A stretch of DNA of 64,000 nt from contig JAYWIR010000016.1 of the NCBI GenBank assembly GCA_036172245.1, positions 2,108,001-2,172,000 of the forward strand, in the 5' to 3' direction. Below, piece by piece: positions 45,001 to 56,344 of the stretch. The stretch comes from Raillietiella orientalis (lineage: Eukaryota). The notes beneath the pieces were generated by a model that was given only the letters and a program-made list of their open reading frames with translations, searched no databases and was not told where the DNA came from. Every line of letters starts with the position of its first letter. Position 1 is the first letter of the stretch. Both the position numbers and the translations under genes were made by a program.

Positions 45001-48000
45001 CCACTCGAATATTCACCGAAACACGGTTCGGATATCACCTATACGAGCATATCTCCGAGTTTACGTACGTCGAAACTGAATCGGTACCAAATAGAAAATT
45101 AGTAGAATAATCCAACGATAGCAGCAATTTCTTTAAATTCACACACACACACACACACACACACAAATCATTCATTACAAATACGTTACTCAAATGAGCT
45201 ACTTTTATGATTAGAGAAATAAGAAGAATGTACTCAACGCAGGTAACTTACATGTAATGTATCACAAGCAGCGTCCACCGAAAAGCACAACAGTCCAAGA
45301 GGAAAGCCAAAGCTTCCGTGGACACAATACCCGGTTTTCTAAAATCACTCACTATGCTGCTTAAATCTGAGATGGATTCTCATGCATGCCTCAGGAAGAG
45401 TACAAGGCAAAACAGCGATCCATGAATTTTGCTTTTCATACAAAGTGCTCACAAAGGACTGCACCTGCTTTTCGGCAATTATACAAGCAATTAAATCAAA
45501 CTAACGCTACTTTGGATAATTAACCGACGAAACCCCGCTTTCTGTTGTAACAAGGTGATGATTTTCGACCGGAATTATGCTAGGATCACTAATTACTTTA
45601 TGAACAAGTTCTGTTCCATGTTGAGAAGACCTACTAGAATTCAATTTCCTGCTTTCATTACTAGAATTCAAGGCATAAAAGTGAAGTAGGTAAACTTAAA
45701 TACACAGCTCCCGTTTATTTAAGGAACCTTTTCCATGGGGAATCTAAAGAGTAGGAATATGATTTCTCAATTGAAAATGTTTCAAAAATGGCAATGCATC
45801 AAGGCAAAATGGGGAGAAATCAATGAACTTGACAAATGCTTGAACAAATCTGCCAATTTCTTCTTGGATATACATAATCTACATGTATCTATATTAATGA
45901 CTTTCTTCCTTTTCCTCAACGAGTATGCTCAGAAGTAAAATTGTGAACTAGTTCTGGTATTGCACTGCTCAAGAAGTAACATTAGAAACAGTAGACAACA
46001 CAATACAAATTCTAAAAGGTCCATCATAAGATAAACTTCTAATCACAACATATAATAGAAATTGATATCTATTTTTAATACAAGGAACAAGAAAATATCA
46101 GCATTTTCATGTACAGAACTGTTGTGGTTCTAAGGCATGTATCTATTCTTAATATAACTCAAAACTGCTAACTAGGTTTTTATTTTGCCATGAAGTCATT
46201 ACACTTTGTGTCTCATGTCTTAGAGAAATTGAAAGAGTGGCAGTAGGATGAGATTTTGAGAGGATGTTGTCTGGGGCGGATGACAAAGGTTTGGTAATTT
46301 TATATGGAGTAATAGTGATCATGACAGAATTGTACAGGTACTCTAATATAAATAGTGGATATTAAAAAATAGGAAGGAAGACTTATATGAATTGGTGGTA
46401 ATGAGAATTATTAGGGGAGTTTGCTTAATAAATCATAATCCGTGAGGAACTTACTTTTTTCGTGTTTGTATATTGTTGATTCATTTAGAAGTAATTAATT
46501 TTCTTAATAAACAGTACTTAAAAGTTTTAATCAAGATGCAGCATGAAAAAGAATAATTTGTGAACTAGGATATTTTAAATTTGGAACTTTTAGTTTTTTA
46601 TTTTATATGAAAACTTGAAAATTAATAGTCTGATGCTTTAGCAAGAATCATAAAAAATATGACAGTTTACTCGTACAAAGGCAGCTTTAAACTACAAATT
46701 GCAGAGGGCAGATAACTGGCAACATAAACAAAAGCTGGTATAACTGCAAAGAAACTGCACTACTGATGAGGTACATAAACAATGGCATTGTTGACATTTG
46801 TGCTTGAATGTTTTTCTTTGAAAAATGTAAAAGGCTTGTAATGATAGTTTCATTCCGTCTGAAACAGTACACTGTATGTGTTTCTTTATTTTTGGACATG
46901 CACATAATATTGTGGGCAATTGTGATTGAATGTAATGAAACTTGAACAAACTGTTGAATACATGATAATTCTTAAAAAACAAAAACAAAAAAAACTATCA
47001 TTATCAATCACAAATTACTTACTTTTGGTAATGTTGCATAAGAGTTTTGACCACTTGATGTATGTGAAGAATATGAAGTGTGCATCCTTTTCAACTTCTG
47101 CAAAAAATACACCATATAACATCTACTCCAAAGTGTTTTTAATTCCTATTATAAAGCTGCAAAATGTGAATTTCAAATTCATTGTGGTAAGCAAAATCAA
47201 GTAGCTGTATATGAATACAGCCATTAATCAACAAAGGAACATTTGAAATATCTGATTTAATAATAAGTTTAGAAATCAGCAGCCCTCACCACATCACCTC
47301 ATCAGAAATATTGTGATACTTTGATGGTTTACTGATTCATTTAGAGAATATGCAAGCAATTGGTGTTAAAATTGACACCATAATAAGACGAGTACATCTG
47401 AATCACCTGATCAACTTTTACATGGTCAGTTTCATTGTTTACTTAGTTTATGCAACCCCAAAATGACTAGGTGTTTAAAGATTAATAGGATTACACCACC
47501 ATTTAACATTTTTCAGATATGTGAAAATATTCTGTAGTAGCATCATTCTAGCCATTTAAAGATGCACCAACATTCATGATCTGCATTTTTCCAATGAAGT
47601 GGAATCGATTTGATCCTTGATGTTAGAAAAAGTAAAAAAGTGGATAGAGAATTCTTTACAACTTACGAAAGAAAGGCATAATTACGTTTTCAAATATCTA
47701 AAATTACTTTAGTGCTGGACAGTTCCATGTTTTTTTCAATACCAACAAAATGAATACAATAAACAGAAAAGAAACGAAAAATGTTTCTTATTATTTTCAT
47801 GTATAACTGATCGTGTGTGTGCTTCAAAGTAAATATGTTGGTACCACAATCATAAGAACTCAACTCAAAGATGATTTTTCAGTCAAAAATGTCATCATCA
47901 ATTTTAATTGCAAAAGCTAAAAAACTTGAATTTTGAAGCAGACCATCAAGATCTATTTGATGTAAAATATTTCATAAATGTGAACTTACATACTAAATTT

Positions 48001-49819
48001 GAAAATAACATATCACCTTAACAAAACTTTTCAATAATTAAAAGAAACAAAATACCTCCTTTTCTTTTTCTTCTGCTTCAGATTTAGATAATGCAAGTGC
48101 CAACTGAAATTCCTCCTCTTCCTGTAGTTGCAAATCCTTTTCTTTTTTCTTAGATGCAGTCTAACAGAAAACACTATAATTTTATAAGCAGATAAGCATA
48201 TTTACCTCGACTTCAGATGAATCTTTCAAATCACTTTTGGATTCACTCACGGTTTCAGACCTAACATTTTCTAGTTGGAGAATGATTAATCTTTTTTACC
48301 TTGAATATTTGTCCCAACACGGATCACACACACGAACTTCCTTCTCAATACCAAACTTTGGTAAAGTAGTAGTGTGACATGAACAGGCATCACAAAAAAT
48401 TTGACCACAAGCTCTGCAGTGATGCTGTTCAAAAAATATTTCGATGTTTTACAATGATTTCACTTACTTTTCGTTTTAGAAGAGAAAACTGTGCCCTACA
48501 ATGATGACAACATTCTCCTTCTGCCCATTTTGGAGCTGTATCTGCAACAAACATAGCATCACTCTCTTTAAGAACAGGAAATCGAAATCCTTCTGCTTTC
48601 ATTATATTGACCATATCCTGTGTTTGGATCTAGCATCTATTGAAAAATCAAATTCAATACTTGCACAGCTCTGTACTTTGGTTCATTGCGAAATGCATGT
48701 GCCCAAATTTGAATAAGTTCCAGGACACGACCTCGCACTTTTTCATTTGCATGCTGATTAACTAATTCATGCAAACTTTCCATAAATTCTTTGGTGGCCA
48801 ATTCATTATGAATTAGTGTTCCACAGTTTTTTACACAAGACTCTAAAACCTAAAATAGAAAATTGCAAAACGTACTCTCAATTTGCACTAACCTGAAGGG
48901 CAAAGAGGGCCACATTAGGATTGGGATCAAATAATTTACGCTTCAAAGCAGAAAGAGCATACTGTGGCCTGCAAATTACACAACAGATTATAAAGGCTTA
49001 CAGAATGCTTGGAATAAAAGCTTAAATAACCAAGAATTTCTGATGAATTTTTAACAGAATTCCACTGAATTATTTTCATAGTTTAATGGATTGAAAAACT
49101 GTACCGAAAAGGAGTAAAGGTTCTTTTAACAGTATATAAATAGCAAAGTTAATAAGAACTCGGTCTCAGTCTCATCAGACCCTAATTAACTCCTTTATAC
49201 AGTTTTAAATGGAAGCTGGTTTGCTAGCATCAAGTTTGATGAATAAACCATGCAAAACAGACACATGATGTTGTTAAGTAATTATTAATATTATCTCGAT
49301 ATTGCCATTGTACGCTGAATGCTTTTTTTTAACCATTAATGCACAAAATGTTCTGGGCAATTCCTCCTGGCAATCCAAATATAAAAAACACAAGCTACCT
49401 ACCTTTTACTTCAAAATTTCATGTTTTACTAAAAAAATTTGGTAAATTTACTTACTGGATGTCTCCTTGACGAACTAAATCGCACACTTTCAATGTAGAG
49501 ACTAAATCTGGTTCAAGCAAAAGATGACTTGTTGCTTTATCTATAGAAAACCTTTGATTAATGTGGCACTAGCCTTGGGCAGTCATGGTGAAAAATAAAG
49601 CTAATACTTCCATAATTATTAAAATGATTAAGCTGTCATATTCAACAAATCAGATGTAATATTATGGTTACATATCAAAAGAAAAAAAAAACACGTTTCG
49701 ACGCATTCTGCCAACTTGAAACACGAATGAATTCCTATGTTTACATGGAAATATAAAGTATCCTACTGTTAGCTGTACTCACCTAAGCATTTATCAAAAC
49801 TTGACGAAGATCTGAACAT
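42032..49819 (-). CDS. HGS: Hrs/HGS, ESCRT-0 subunit (VHS-FYVE-UIM-GAT/coiled coil)
   Basis: [20 protein letters not shown] ([13 protein letters not shown]), [53 protein letters not shown]-terminal clathrin box ELISFD*. One large intron at 43218-48055. Confidence 0.97.
45141..45164. repeat. (CA)n microsatellite
   Basis: About 12 uninterrupted AC units. Confidence 0.9.
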
Positions 49820-52049
49820 AGTCTTATGTTCTGTCACGAGAATTTATTCAAAACAACAAGCATCACCATGAGTGCAAATCCTAGTAGATACAACTAATTT
49901 TTCAAGTCATGCTTACTTTGGCCATGAATCATTATTCACAGACAATCAACGCTAATCTGTAGTACAAATGCTTCAGGGAGATAACAGCTTTTCAGGAATT
50001 ATAGAACGTAACGGACCATTGATAAAGATGATGATTAAGCGGAATGAAAAAAAAAAAAAAAAAAAAAAAAAGGAAAAAGGTCACGTGTTCCAAGACACTA
50101 TTAACGTGCAAAGCATAGTTTCCGTGAAAACAAAAACAAAAAAAAAAAACAATCAACGTGTTTGCCTCTAAAGTTTTTCAATTACACAACGGATGACGGG
50201 AAACATCGAATGCTTACGATAGGCGTGTACGAAACGTACACGCGCAGACACCGTACAACCAGAATACGGATGCGAAAAGAGGAAACATTAATGACGTTTC
50301 TGAAACTTTTTGTACTTCAGAAACAGCTGATTCTTCACATTTGTACTTCGTGTTAGTATGGGACGGGATAGGAGCCCCGAACCAGAGAAAGTTTACCCGA
50401 TTTACATGCACGCGTCTGCCTGCATCAGCATTGGCCACCTTGGCATGCGTGGAACCACGGCGCCCTCTACCGAGGCGCCCGACCGAGAAGAACGTTCCTT
50501 CCGTCCACCGAAAGAGATTGCGACCGAAAGTACGGACGTCAGTACCACTTCTGCCTTCCCCCCCCTCCCCCCCCCCAAAAAAAAAAACACATACACAACA
50601 CTTTGTTGAGCAATGCTGCTGCCCCGATGTATTCGTTTTGGGTTGTCATCCCTAAATCTGCGTCCCACACACTTCACTCGCCAGGCATGCAGAACTTGGC
50701 AGCAATGCTGTGGTTTTCCTGCATTCTCCATGACGTCGCAATTGTGGTTGGTCTGTCGGTACTTTTCATAGTAAACGGCACCTTATGCTCCCATGTACTT
50801 TCACGTGAAATCACTCCTACTGTCCATCTTCAAGTGAGGAACAGCAATTCAAGACGGAAGCAATGGCTTTCGGCTGCCAATCACACCTTCGAATCTTACA
50901 AAAGGATAATGCAGCCGTGACGCCAAATTATTATCCACAATCGCCAAAAAAGCATTGCATTCACATGGCCAACTGAATGGAAATCCTTAAGCACATCTGG
51001 TAGATCTCTGCCACTATTTTGCCTCATCAACCAAACTGGATTCGTTGTTTCATTCTTTTCCCTCTTGACCACCGCTGACGAGAGTACACCCCCTAGACTT
51101 CTAGAGGTGTTCATCTTTTGCCATCACAGTGTTTAGACGAGTGGCAACTTGTAAAAACAGATCATATCGTTGTGAAATATAAAGCCAGCGTGTTCAACAG
51201 TGTCGCTATTCCTGAAGAAGGGTAGAACCACTGAGACTGAAGAAATGACAGATGCAATGATGTGCACTTTTCGGTGGATGGAACACAGAATTCGACGATT
51301 CATGTATCCATGAGTATTTTTCATGCTGAAATCCACAGTGTCCTTGTGTTTTCAAGGCCAAGAAAAAGAGATGTTTCTTCCAGAGAGGAAAAAACAATTC
51401 TAACATGGAAAGGAGATTCTCGTTGGCAAGCTGCATTGTAAATTTCAAATTAGAAGTTTTTGAGAAACTGAGTTAAGCGAATAATTCACCACATTCTGAC
51501 ATTGTTTTATGTCGGCACTGCAATACCTATCAAACATTTTGAAAATCTCTTCCTGAGACTTTTGCAACAAACATTCTCCAAAAATGATAGTCCTCAATCA
51601 GCAGTACACAGCACTGCAGAATATGCTCAAACATGGGAAGCTACATTTTCTAGATGGTGTGTTATTCCATTAAGGCGGAGCATTCTGATAGTTCGTGGAT
51701 AAGACCTTTCGAGGAAACACGTGTGCCTGACCATCTTCTTATGCTGAATCACTTCCTCATTAGCAGTCTTCGTCGTGACATTTGTAAAGAGCTGTTTATC
51801 CACTTCATGATGAGCCACAAACAGTAGTAACCAAGATTACTAATTTCAATGCAAGATTCACTAGTTCGCAACCACGGATTGCTTGAAATACTTTGACTGA
51901 ATGAATTACTAATAATGATGACTGTATTGGATTCCGATCACAAAGAGGGAATGAGTGAAAACATGTCGCTCACAGTTTTCTCTTATCATATGAATGTGCT
52001 ATGGGAGCATTAATTCGATGAGAGTTGAAAGACTGCATGGCACTTCGTC

Positions 52050-52495
52050 CCCACTCCTTGATTCCTGGAAGGACCCGAGGGTCGACTCCCAATGTTCCGG
52101 CCTTCATTGGGGGCGTCTGGTTTTGACCGACACCGGTGCCACGCCCGAATGTTTCGGCCAACCAGAGCCAGGAGAAACTCGGAACCCAACGACGCAGTGG
52201 CGTCAGTTTCTGCTGGAGTATTCGAACCCGCGATGCAGGCTTTAAACCTGCCCGCGTTGGAGGCCGGTGGCCGTTATGGTGGTCTCCGCGCGTGGCACCA
52301 TGCGTCGTGGGCTCGAATACTCCGAAGGAATCGACTCAGTGCGTCGTGGGTCCCGACTTCACCCCATAGGATGACGCTGGTTGGCCTACATTCATCCGGG
52401 TGCGGCACTGGTAGCGATTCAAACCGGATGCCCCCGATGAGGGCCGGGACAAATGGGAGTCGATCTCCGGGTCCTTCCAGGAATCACGGAGTGGG
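52050..52495 (+). other. Long imperfect fold-back (~445-nt rod-like hairpin)
   Basis: CCCACTCC..GATTCCTGGAAGGACCCG (from 52050) is reverse-complementary to CGGGTCCTTCCAGGAATC..GGAGTGGG (to 52495). Successive inner blocks pair colinearly up to an apex near 52274. Confidence 0.9.
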
Positions 52496-52590
52496 AGCTC
52501 CCCTCCGGTTGTGAACCCCCCATTCCGGGGGACCCTCCACGTCCTACTGATGGAGTAGGTGTGTCTCCACCGCCCCTCCAGAGAGTGCAG

Positions 52591-52977
52591 AGAAGCGAGC
52601 CGATCCCTTCGGGGAAGCTGCGTCCTTCTGAATTTCGGAAGCGTCCCTTCTGGGTCCTCTTCAGAGGAGTAAAAACAGGAGCGGTTCCCTCTCGGGGGAT
52701 CCCCCCGGAGAGGATCCTTTCCGGGTTCCCTTCAGAGAAGAAAGAATGGAGCGAGCCCCTCCGAGGGTCTCTCCGGAGAGAATACGGCAGGAGGATTCCC
52801 TTCTGGATTCCCCTTCGGAAACAACCAGGGCGGAGGTGATCTCCATTTCCAAGGATCCTCCCCAGGCATGAAAGGAACGAACTCCGAGTCCTTTCTGGAT
52901 TCATAGGGCGGACCCCTCCCGGTACCTCCTATCTTGAAGAATTACCCACCCTCGGGTGGCGTGGAACCATGTCGAAG
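52591..52977 (+). repeat. GC-rich repeat, left arm of an inverted pair
   Basis: Reverse complement of 55955-56344; nearly identical in the outer ~240 bp, more diverged toward the inner end. Confidence 0.95.
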
Positions 52978-53106
52978 GATTTCCATCTTCATCATCGTTT
53001 CCATCTTAGAGCATTCACCAAAAACCCTGCTGAGTAAAACGACCTTGAAGAAGGCACTTTTTGATTCATTTTGATGTACATCCATCTTAATAAGCGGAGA
53101 TTTCCG

Positions 53107-54126
53107 CTATTCCTTTTCTCTTATCCTCAGCGGGACTGAGAGGTCATCAAACTCCGCCTGAAGCTTCTTCCTTGATTTCTCGAGTTTGTCATTAGTTCCC
53201 TGAAGATCCTGAACCAGTCTGCGAGAACACTCAAAGTCTTTGCTCATCTTCTTTCTTGCCTCCTCCAGGGCTCCAATCTGCTCAACCTTCTCTTCCAGGT
53301 GCTTCTTACTCTCTTCCAGCTGGGAGGTCAAGGAAATAATCTGCTTCACTAGGATATTGTTGCTGCTTTCGTACTCTTCTAGCTGGTCCTTGAAACCTTC
53401 GTTTTCTGATTCCAGAATCCGTATCCGTGAGCTCAGTGCAAGCTTCTGCTTCGTTTCTTCATTAAGTTGGGTCTGCACATCAGCCAACTGAGCCTCCAGA
53501 TTCATGGCAAATTTCATGCCAGAGGCGGCTTTAGAGTCTGCATCTTCCATCTGCAGACTCACAGCTTCCAGCTCAGTCTGCAACTTTTGCAACCGATCAG
53601 ACAGTTCTTCACGCTTGTTATCTGACTCTTGGAGTTTCATGGCTTGATCACTCAACTGCTGCTCCAGTTGTTTGCGTTTTCTTTCTAAGTCCTGCCTATA
53701 GCTAACAGCGCTCTTGATTTCGTTAGCCATGTCCACGTTTTCTGCTTCGAGAATCTGCTTGCTCTTCTCTAGGGTGGTCTTTGCCTTCTGCAATGAATCC
53801 AACTGCTCATTTAGGGACTCCAGAGCGGAAGCATGCTTCTGCCGAATGCTGGAAATCTGCTGCTCATGCAATATTTGGGCATCCTCTAGCTGCTTCTTCA
53901 GTGTGGCTAGCTCCTCCTCACGTTTCGTGCGCAACTCTTTCTGCACAGCTGTGGTGTCCACGTAGTCCAGGAGCTCGCTCTTCTGAGCTTCCAATTCTTC
54001 ACTTAGATCCCTTTTTTGTTGCTCTGCTTTGTTTCTTGCAATCCTTTCTGCATCTAAGTCTTCTTGCACCTCTGACGGGTTTAATTCAAACTCCCTTAGG
54101 GCTTTCAGAGCTTGAGCTTTACTCAA
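53107..54126 (-). pseudogene. Intronless fragment of non-muscle myosin II heavy chain (zipper/MYH9-10-like) rod
   Basis: EVQEDLDAERIARNKAEQQKRDLSEELEA...QKELRTKREEE...EETKQKLALSSRIR...DKLEKSRKKLQAEFDDL matches the non-muscle myosin II rod. There is no motor domain, no ATG at the ORF start and no flanking myosin exons, and homology ends abruptly. Confidence 0.85.
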
Positions 54127-55954
54127 GATTTCATTTTTCGTAATTTTTTCTTCACATTATTCAAACTATTGATAATATTAAGAAGGAATGAAAAGCAGAG
54201 CAAGGAAAAGCAAAAAGCATCGCGTTCATCTGCAGCCGACGAGAAAAGCCACATTTTGCAGCTTATTCCTTCATCTGCTTCGCAATATATCTTACAACGG
54301 TGTGGAGACAGAGGTAAGAGGGCAATGTTTTTTCCTTCCCATCTGCGGTCATTGAAGAAGTCTATCTGGCATGGGCAGATGCTATTAAGCAATTGCCTTA
54401 CCTTTCAAATGCTTTCTTTCACAGCAAAAAAATAAGCTGATCCTCTGGGGAAGGCAACTTTCTGACTTGAAGTATCCAGCACTGCAAATACGGAGAGAGA
54501 GTATCAGGGACATAAAATTAAGAAGCGTTTGAAACGAAGGTATGTTTCCTCCTTATTGAGTAAGTACGTCTGCATCCTTCATCTGCATGGATATTTGCCA
54601 TTTATGACTGGGCCTGAATTCCTGAGCTTAGCTGCACTGCTACTGAACACAGCAGCTCGTGTCTCTGAGAATAGTCGACTCGAAAAGATGTGCTGCCTTT
54701 CCTGATGCTCACTACCCTCCGCGTTTTCGTGTTTCCTGAATTCTTATTCACGTCTACACCTTTATTCCATAGTGTTTTTTCTTTCATTTTAATAGATTAG
54801 TGGCTTGGGAGAATGTTTGGAATTCCAATGGGGAGGGAAAATAAATGGTACGAGTCAAGTGTTGCCGCACTTGATGTTCTTTCGGACTTATTTGGCTATC
54901 TATGGTTCATAATCACCCACTCATTGTCCATCTTGTTGAGAATATGTATAGCAAGTAGCAGACTTGGAAATTTCCAAGTTTTGGATTTCGTTGCTGATCT
55001 TTAATTGTTCTTGGAAAAAAAGCACACATGGAGAAAAATTTTGAATAAATGTGACCACAAAAGTGCAGTGTCTTGAGCGAGGTCAACTTATCTTAGCTTA
55101 TTATCATAAAAGGAAAGCGGTGGACTGTTTTAGCGATGGTTATTAAATTACGGGTACAGCAACTGACTTGGAAAAGGTGGTGTCCATTTCGGACCATCTT
55201 GCTATACCATCATATGTTGCTATTTTGGATACTGAGAATTGTGGAATTAGTATGTTAGCAATACAAGTCTGTTTCTCACATGGGTGTACTTGGAACTCTG
55301 AATTATGTGGAAATAAGGTGTTCTGTGCACTGGAATTCCGTAGCTCGTGCAGTTGAATCTGTTGAATTGAATATAGCGCAAATTCTTAGGTAGTACTTGT
55401 TTTTCTCATATAATAAACTTCAGGAGATCTTTTTAGCGGAATCCATTCTTTTTTTTTTTCTTCTTTTGAACCTGTAGCAGTTGCGAGTTTGTCACCCACT
55501 TTCCTCTGATAATTCCTTTGTAAGCATTTGAGTTCTTGTGATGGCGCTGGTCATGAGACTGCACTTCTGTGGAGGTTTCATCTAGTGATTTTGAGACTTC
55601 ATGGTGCACATACACAGGTCGAGAGAACACAGTGAATACTCATTTCCGGAATGAGACAGAGTAAACGAACCAGCAAAAGGGCTTCAAGCTGCTAGAATGT
55701 GGCAGAGCATGAAAGAACTCCGCTTCAGAGTGCTTTTTTGTTGCTTAGAAGTCTTATCAGGTGACCCATTAAGATCAGACGTGATCTCGCGGTCAATTAT
55801 GATTTTGCAAATAACCTCAACCATCCCTAGAGCGATTTGCTTTGGGCAGCTGTGCCTGTTGCGAATCATTTAAGAGCTTGCATGTAGGATTCTAATGCCA
55901 TTTTGGATGCAAAATGCTATGTAACAAAGATCCTTCTTTTTTGTCTTCGCAGTT

Positions 55955-56344
55955 CTTCGACAGGGTTCCACGCCACACGGAGGTGGCTAATTCTTCAATA
56001 TAGGGGGTACCCCGGGAGGGGCTCGCCCTATGAATCCAGAAAGGACTCGGGGTCCGTTCCTCTCACTCCTGGGGAGGGATCTCCGGAAATGGAGATCACC
56101 TTTACCCTGGTTGTTTCCGAAGGGGAATCCAGAAGGGAATCCTCCTGCCGTATTCTCTCCGAAGAGACCCTCGGAGGGGCTCGCTCCATTCTTTCTTCTC
56201 TGAAGGGAACCCGGAAAGGATCCTCTCCGGGGGGATTCCCCGAGAGGGAACCGCTCCTGTTTTTACTCCTCTGAAGAGGACCCAGAAGGGACGCTTCCGA
56301 AATTCAGAAGGACGCAGCTTCCCCGAAGGGATCGGCTCGCTTCT
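55955..56344 (-). repeat. GC-rich repeat, right arm of an inverted pair
   Basis: Reverse complement of 52591-52977. Confidence 0.95.

Noticed and set aside
44395..45102. 235-aa ORF and overlapping ORFs in the Hrs intron
   Set aside because: They run through a poly(A) tract, are open in several frames because of high GC, and show no recognisable homology.
52527..52560. HDV-like P3/L3 look-alike GGACCCTCCACGTCC
   Set aside because: No matching P1 or P2 partner strands were found.
52625..52670. Hammerhead-like core on the minus strand (CTGAAGA-GGA...TCC-GAAA), also present in the second copy
   Set aside because: No stem III with a U-H cleavage site plus stem I could be built, and the same bases are explained by local hairpins. 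Still worth an Infernal scan.
52419..52904. ORFs in the GC-rich repeat, considered as a delta-antigen-like protein
   Set aside because: No resemblance to delta antigen, and the frames are not preserved between the two copies.
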